NCBI GenBank assembly: GCA_030295235.1
Contig: AP026127.1
Location: forward strand, 372,001 to 436,000
Length of the DNA stretch: 64,000 bases
DNA from: Fistulifera solaris
Lineage: Eukaryota
Direction of reading: 5' to 3'
Positions within the stretch are counted from its first letter, which is position 1, and every line of letters starts with the position of its first letter. Under the pieces are notes generated by a model. That model searched no databases. It saw only the letters and a program-made list of their open reading frames with translations, and was not told the DNA's origin. The translations under genes were made by a program, and so were the position numbers. Of this stretch, positions 60,094 through 64,000 are shown piece by piece.

Positions 60094-61172
60094 AGCTCGA
60101 TCCTTTGATTTCTGTTAGTGTTTCTTCCCAGTCGATAAATGTTTAGTTTGCATTATGAACCTTCCTATATATAGCCAGATACAGTAGGTAGGCTCAACGC
60201 CATGCGATTGGCTCATGAATAGAGGCTGCGATAGGACTTCTCTCGACTGATGACTCAATCAGCTGATCGATAGCTTGACCTCGGATTGACCACGAGCTTC
60301 TTTATATCTAAACTGAATCACCGAGATCTTGATTGTCTCGGCCTTGCAACGCAAAAGCCGGTAACGCCCATTCACACAGACAGTTCGGATTGTCGATTTT
60401 GCCGGACCATATCCAGCTACATCCGCCAACGGTGCTCGCTCTTTCTTGATTTCAGTGAATCAATTCTGTCAAAATTGTTGACCGTTTTGTAACGATTTCA
60501 TTTCAAAATCTATCGTCATTGCATGGTTGTCGGCTGTATTGTCAACTCATCCAACCGCTTGCAAACTTTTGCGCCTCGTGTCATATTGTTTACCTTCGGA
60601 GCGGTGACGAAGAAAAATGCTTCGCACAACTTCATTCACAAAGACGGCTCGCAAGCGAATGTCCTCGTCAAACCGCTGACCTCATTTACCTCGCAAACGA
60701 CATGCGATGGTGTCGACGTCGGCGTCATCGAGTCCCTGCAAATAAGTCATCCCTCACGCTTTCACAAGCGTTATTACATTGTCGTCTGTCGTAGAGCCAT
60801 CTTTAAAACGTGTCGAGATGATTTATTTGATGACTCGTAGGTGTAGCAAGTGGAACAAACATAAATATAATTATAGAAAGGCAACAATAATAAAAAAGAC
60901 GGAAATATAATAGGTCACACGTTATTGTTCTCGGCATAGCTGTTGGATGTCACACAAATTTTTATCTACTTAAAGACAGATTTACTTAAACCTCTTACCG
61001 GTTTCTACTTTTGCTAACATCAAAAAGTGATCTTGCGAGCACTTTTACCGTTTAGATTCATGTTTATACGACGCAACGAAAAGGATCACACTTGATCGAA
61101 AGCTAATAATCATCGCATTTACTTTCACCTGACGATTGTTTTTTACGAATCAAATCATATACAATACACACA

Positions 61173-62826
61173 ATGGCTTCAGAGCGCTGGTTTGAAAAGA
61201 TTCCTGTCGCGGAGCTTGATGACGACAAGAAATTGCTGCGGAAGCAGCTTAACGCGGCGAATGAGGGATTAAAAATACAATTTTGCCGCAAGGTTCGTGA
61301 TCCTCTCAATGTTGAGGAGCTTTTGAAGGGCATCAAGAGCAATTTTGTTCTTTGGCTGAACGAGGAAAGCTTCATCTTTTCAAGAAAGCTACCACCTTCC
61401 ATGCCACAAAGTTCCAAGTATCGAAAGGTCACAACGGATATTACCTTTTTACAAAAGTGGATATGTATCTGTGGATCGTCAAGTGAGATCGTTGCACGTA
61501 GTGCCGCATATCTTCTTTGTTTGAGGGATGAAGGAGCTCGGAGTGTCCGAGTGGGGCAAGCTCGCATTCGTTCATCCGATTGCCCTGCCCCGACAAGTTT
61601 CCTGAAAGCTCGGTTTCTTCATCATTACCTCGAAGCAAATCCGCAGAGACGCCTCGTTTTAGGTCGATCATGCTGCCTTTCTAAAGATGAGTCGGTTGCG
61701 TTGGCTTTGCATCCAGCTCCGTTGAGTTTAGGCCTTGAATGCAAGTTCGAAGATGGAGGACGATCGTTTGTCAATGCCTTATCTCAGCGAACGAGCGACT
61801 TTGGGACACTTTCTTTGCAAGGCTGCATCTATAGTAGCCAATATTACGAGCGCAATCCATCGTCGTTTCATTTCAACCGGTGAGTGTCTACCAAATTCCC
61901 CTGGATTACGCTGGTCACAAACAATAATGTATTGAAACGATCAGAGCTCCTTTTGCCTCTGAAATCGCCGGCACGACGAGTCGAATACAATGTATATGGC
62001 CCCAATCATGACGCGGAAGTAAATGAGGACTTTACTATTGTTCCAGAAGCCGTAACTGTAGTGCTCGGGCATCTGGGCTTCGCGGCTCAGTTCCACACGA
62101 AATTTCTGCAGGCCAGCGGCACTTTTGCGGGAAATGGGGCTCATTTATAGCATCATGAACCAGCCCTCCACCGCGCAACAAAAAGAAATTCTCACAGCGA
62201 TCAAAGAAAATCAGAACCTTCACCGACTGGAACTTGGGCGCTTTAATCTCGACATGATCTGGGATGAGTTACTGGAGATTATGAGTTCGCATACCAGTCT
62301 TCGCGCCGTTGTTTTCTGGGAGAGTGAACCTGGTATGCATGCTTCACGTCAACCACATCTTGATGAACAGCAAACTAGCACTCTGAAGGTTTTCATGCAA
62401 AAACATGAACATTTGGATATTTCTTTTGAAGTTTACGGTCCCTGGAAAGGTCGGCCAAGTAAAGTAGATACCATCGTTGCGCCGATACGCATCCGAAACC
62501 GTGCCCGACGTTTGACACGCGAGTCTTCCCATGACCGCTCAGTCTTAGTCGCAGCTGCTTTGACGAAATGTGTCAGCGGTAACTTCAAAAAAACCGGTAT
62601 TATGTTGAGCGAGAATGCTGACCTTCTCTGCTCTTTGATGGATCAACCCTTCAATTTCCTTTTGAGGCACCTCCCGAACGGCACCTTCAACAGGAGGAGG
62701 ATCCTCAAGAACGGCTTCCGAAACGACGAAAGAGCTCTCGAAGCTCTGGCCCGTGATTTCCATTCGTGTTTCCTCACAATAGATAGTATTGAATTTAGTT
62801 TGCGTGATAAACCTCCGATTATGTAG
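61173..62826 (+). CDS. Hypothetical LRR/RNI-like family protein, copy 2; frame breaks ~61880 and ~62125
   Basis: Shares FVLWLNEESF, YLEANPQRRL, FGTLSL, FHTKFL, NQNLHRLELG, LSENADL with copy 1. Confidence 0.7.
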
Positions 62827-63868
62827 AGTACAAGAATTCCATTTAGAACAAGGATGATATGACTTATAGCCAACTATGTCGCTCGCGCAAGGACTCTTCA
62901 AGCTCGCAGTGAATCATTCCACCGGTCAATATTGTATCCTCAAGATGAACTAGGAACTCATTCCTAGGCACAAAAACGTTTGATTTAGGTTTCAGGGGTC
63001 TCGTCGGCTCATCAATGCAACAGCTGGTCACACTACTTGCAGTCACTAGGATTGTCGATTTTGCACGATACCATAGGAACCCATCGTTACGGTGATGCAT
63101 CGAGTTAGGACGTTCGCTGTCAATGGTTTTGTTTAAAGACGCTTCCATCGATGTTACCGAACTGTCGGATGTCGCTATCACCAGCAAAAACTGGTGCAAT
63201 ACCTTCAACTTCCTTTCACTTACGACGCAATAGCAAAAAGAATTCTCGCTATTCGATCAACAAGGCTGAACTCACTCCGCTGACGAGCTAAGCACGACAC
63301 CAAGCTGTAATAACCGGAATGGGGTGCTCTCTTTTGTTTGCAAAAATGAACCCGAGATATAATCCGTAATGATGTCGTACATCGGCCCGACCGAATGGAC
63401 GTATGCCGGCTTCAATGAATTCCTTCAACACTAGATCATCCTCCCGGCCTTTCAAGAACGGGACAACAACTACACGTTTCTTAGGGACATCATCATAACG
63501 TTTCAGAGTTGTTTTAACGACTCGTTAGACAGCTCAAAGCTTGTAACTTTGAACAAACAAGGCGTTGATGTCACACTCACACTGAGAGTTCACCTGATTT
63601 AATAACAGAAAGAGTCACGAGTCGTCAGTCACAACGTTTCTGACACTGTCTCTCTAGTAATTAAAAGCTCTCACCGGTACCAGCTATGCTAACACGAAAA
63701 AATGATGCCATTTTGTGCGAGCACATTTTCGCAAAGAAAACGAAAATGATCACACTTGAAGGAAATATCATCAGCTCATTCACCGAGCCGTGAACGATAG
63801 AAGCAATCGAGTATTCTTGTTGATCCATTCGAACCAACGAACAAGTTTTCACTAAAGCAAGAGACACA

Positions 63869-64000
63869 ATGGGCTGGTTTGAAAAGGTTCCTATCGAGGA
63901 ATTCGACGACGACAAGACGTTTCTCATGACGCAACTTCGCGCGACTAAATGGAGCTCGAAGATACAGTTTCACCGCAAACTCTGCTCTCCCAGCAGTGTT
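63869..64000 (+). CDS. Same family, copy 3 (5' fragment, runs off window)
   Basis: MGWFEKVPIEEFDDDKTFLMTQLRATKWSSKIQFHRKL aligns with the N-termini of copies 1 and 2. Confidence 0.75.
   Translation, partial: MGWFEKVPIEEFDDDKTFLMTQLRATKWSSKIQFHRKLCSPSSV

Noticed and set aside
60180..60850. Pseudogene remnant between LRR-like copies (also 62864-63560)
   Set aside because: Coding-like composition but no recognisable motif; multiple stops

Overview
Gene-dense eukaryotic nuclear DNA from a pennate diatom (inferred from ~60-90 nt GT-AG introns, signal+'ASAF'-type plastid presequences, a carbamate kinase and a CoDi-type copia; the genus cannot be fixed from the window). About 29 host genes are visible, including V-ATPase A, a NAR1/FNT transporter, TFIIF-beta, an Hv1 proton channel, PRPP synthetase, G3BP-like, carbamate kinase, TilS, prolyl oligopeptidase, omega-like GST, pirin, an ATP-grasp protein, a tricorn-like protease and a 3-copy LRR-like paralog array. 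Many genes carry 1-bp frameshifts, mostly in homopolymers, probably long-read consensus errors. The most unusual items are: (1) a complete 6.8-kb Ty1/copia (40208-47013, minus) with identical 88-bp LTRs ending CG...CG instead of TG...CA, a 4-bp TSD, and a PBS shaped like the complement of a tRNA-Lys(UUU) anticodon arm (half-tRNA priming); (2) a head-to-tail trimer of an unclassified ~1.26-kb element (4430-8198) with a candidate TSD and structured, asymmetric ends; (3) a 34/68-bp palindromic tandem array with compensatory changes in a divergent promoter (15781-16410). No rRNA, tRNA or CRISPR-Cas was recognised. All family calls rest on motif recognition by eye; no searches were run.
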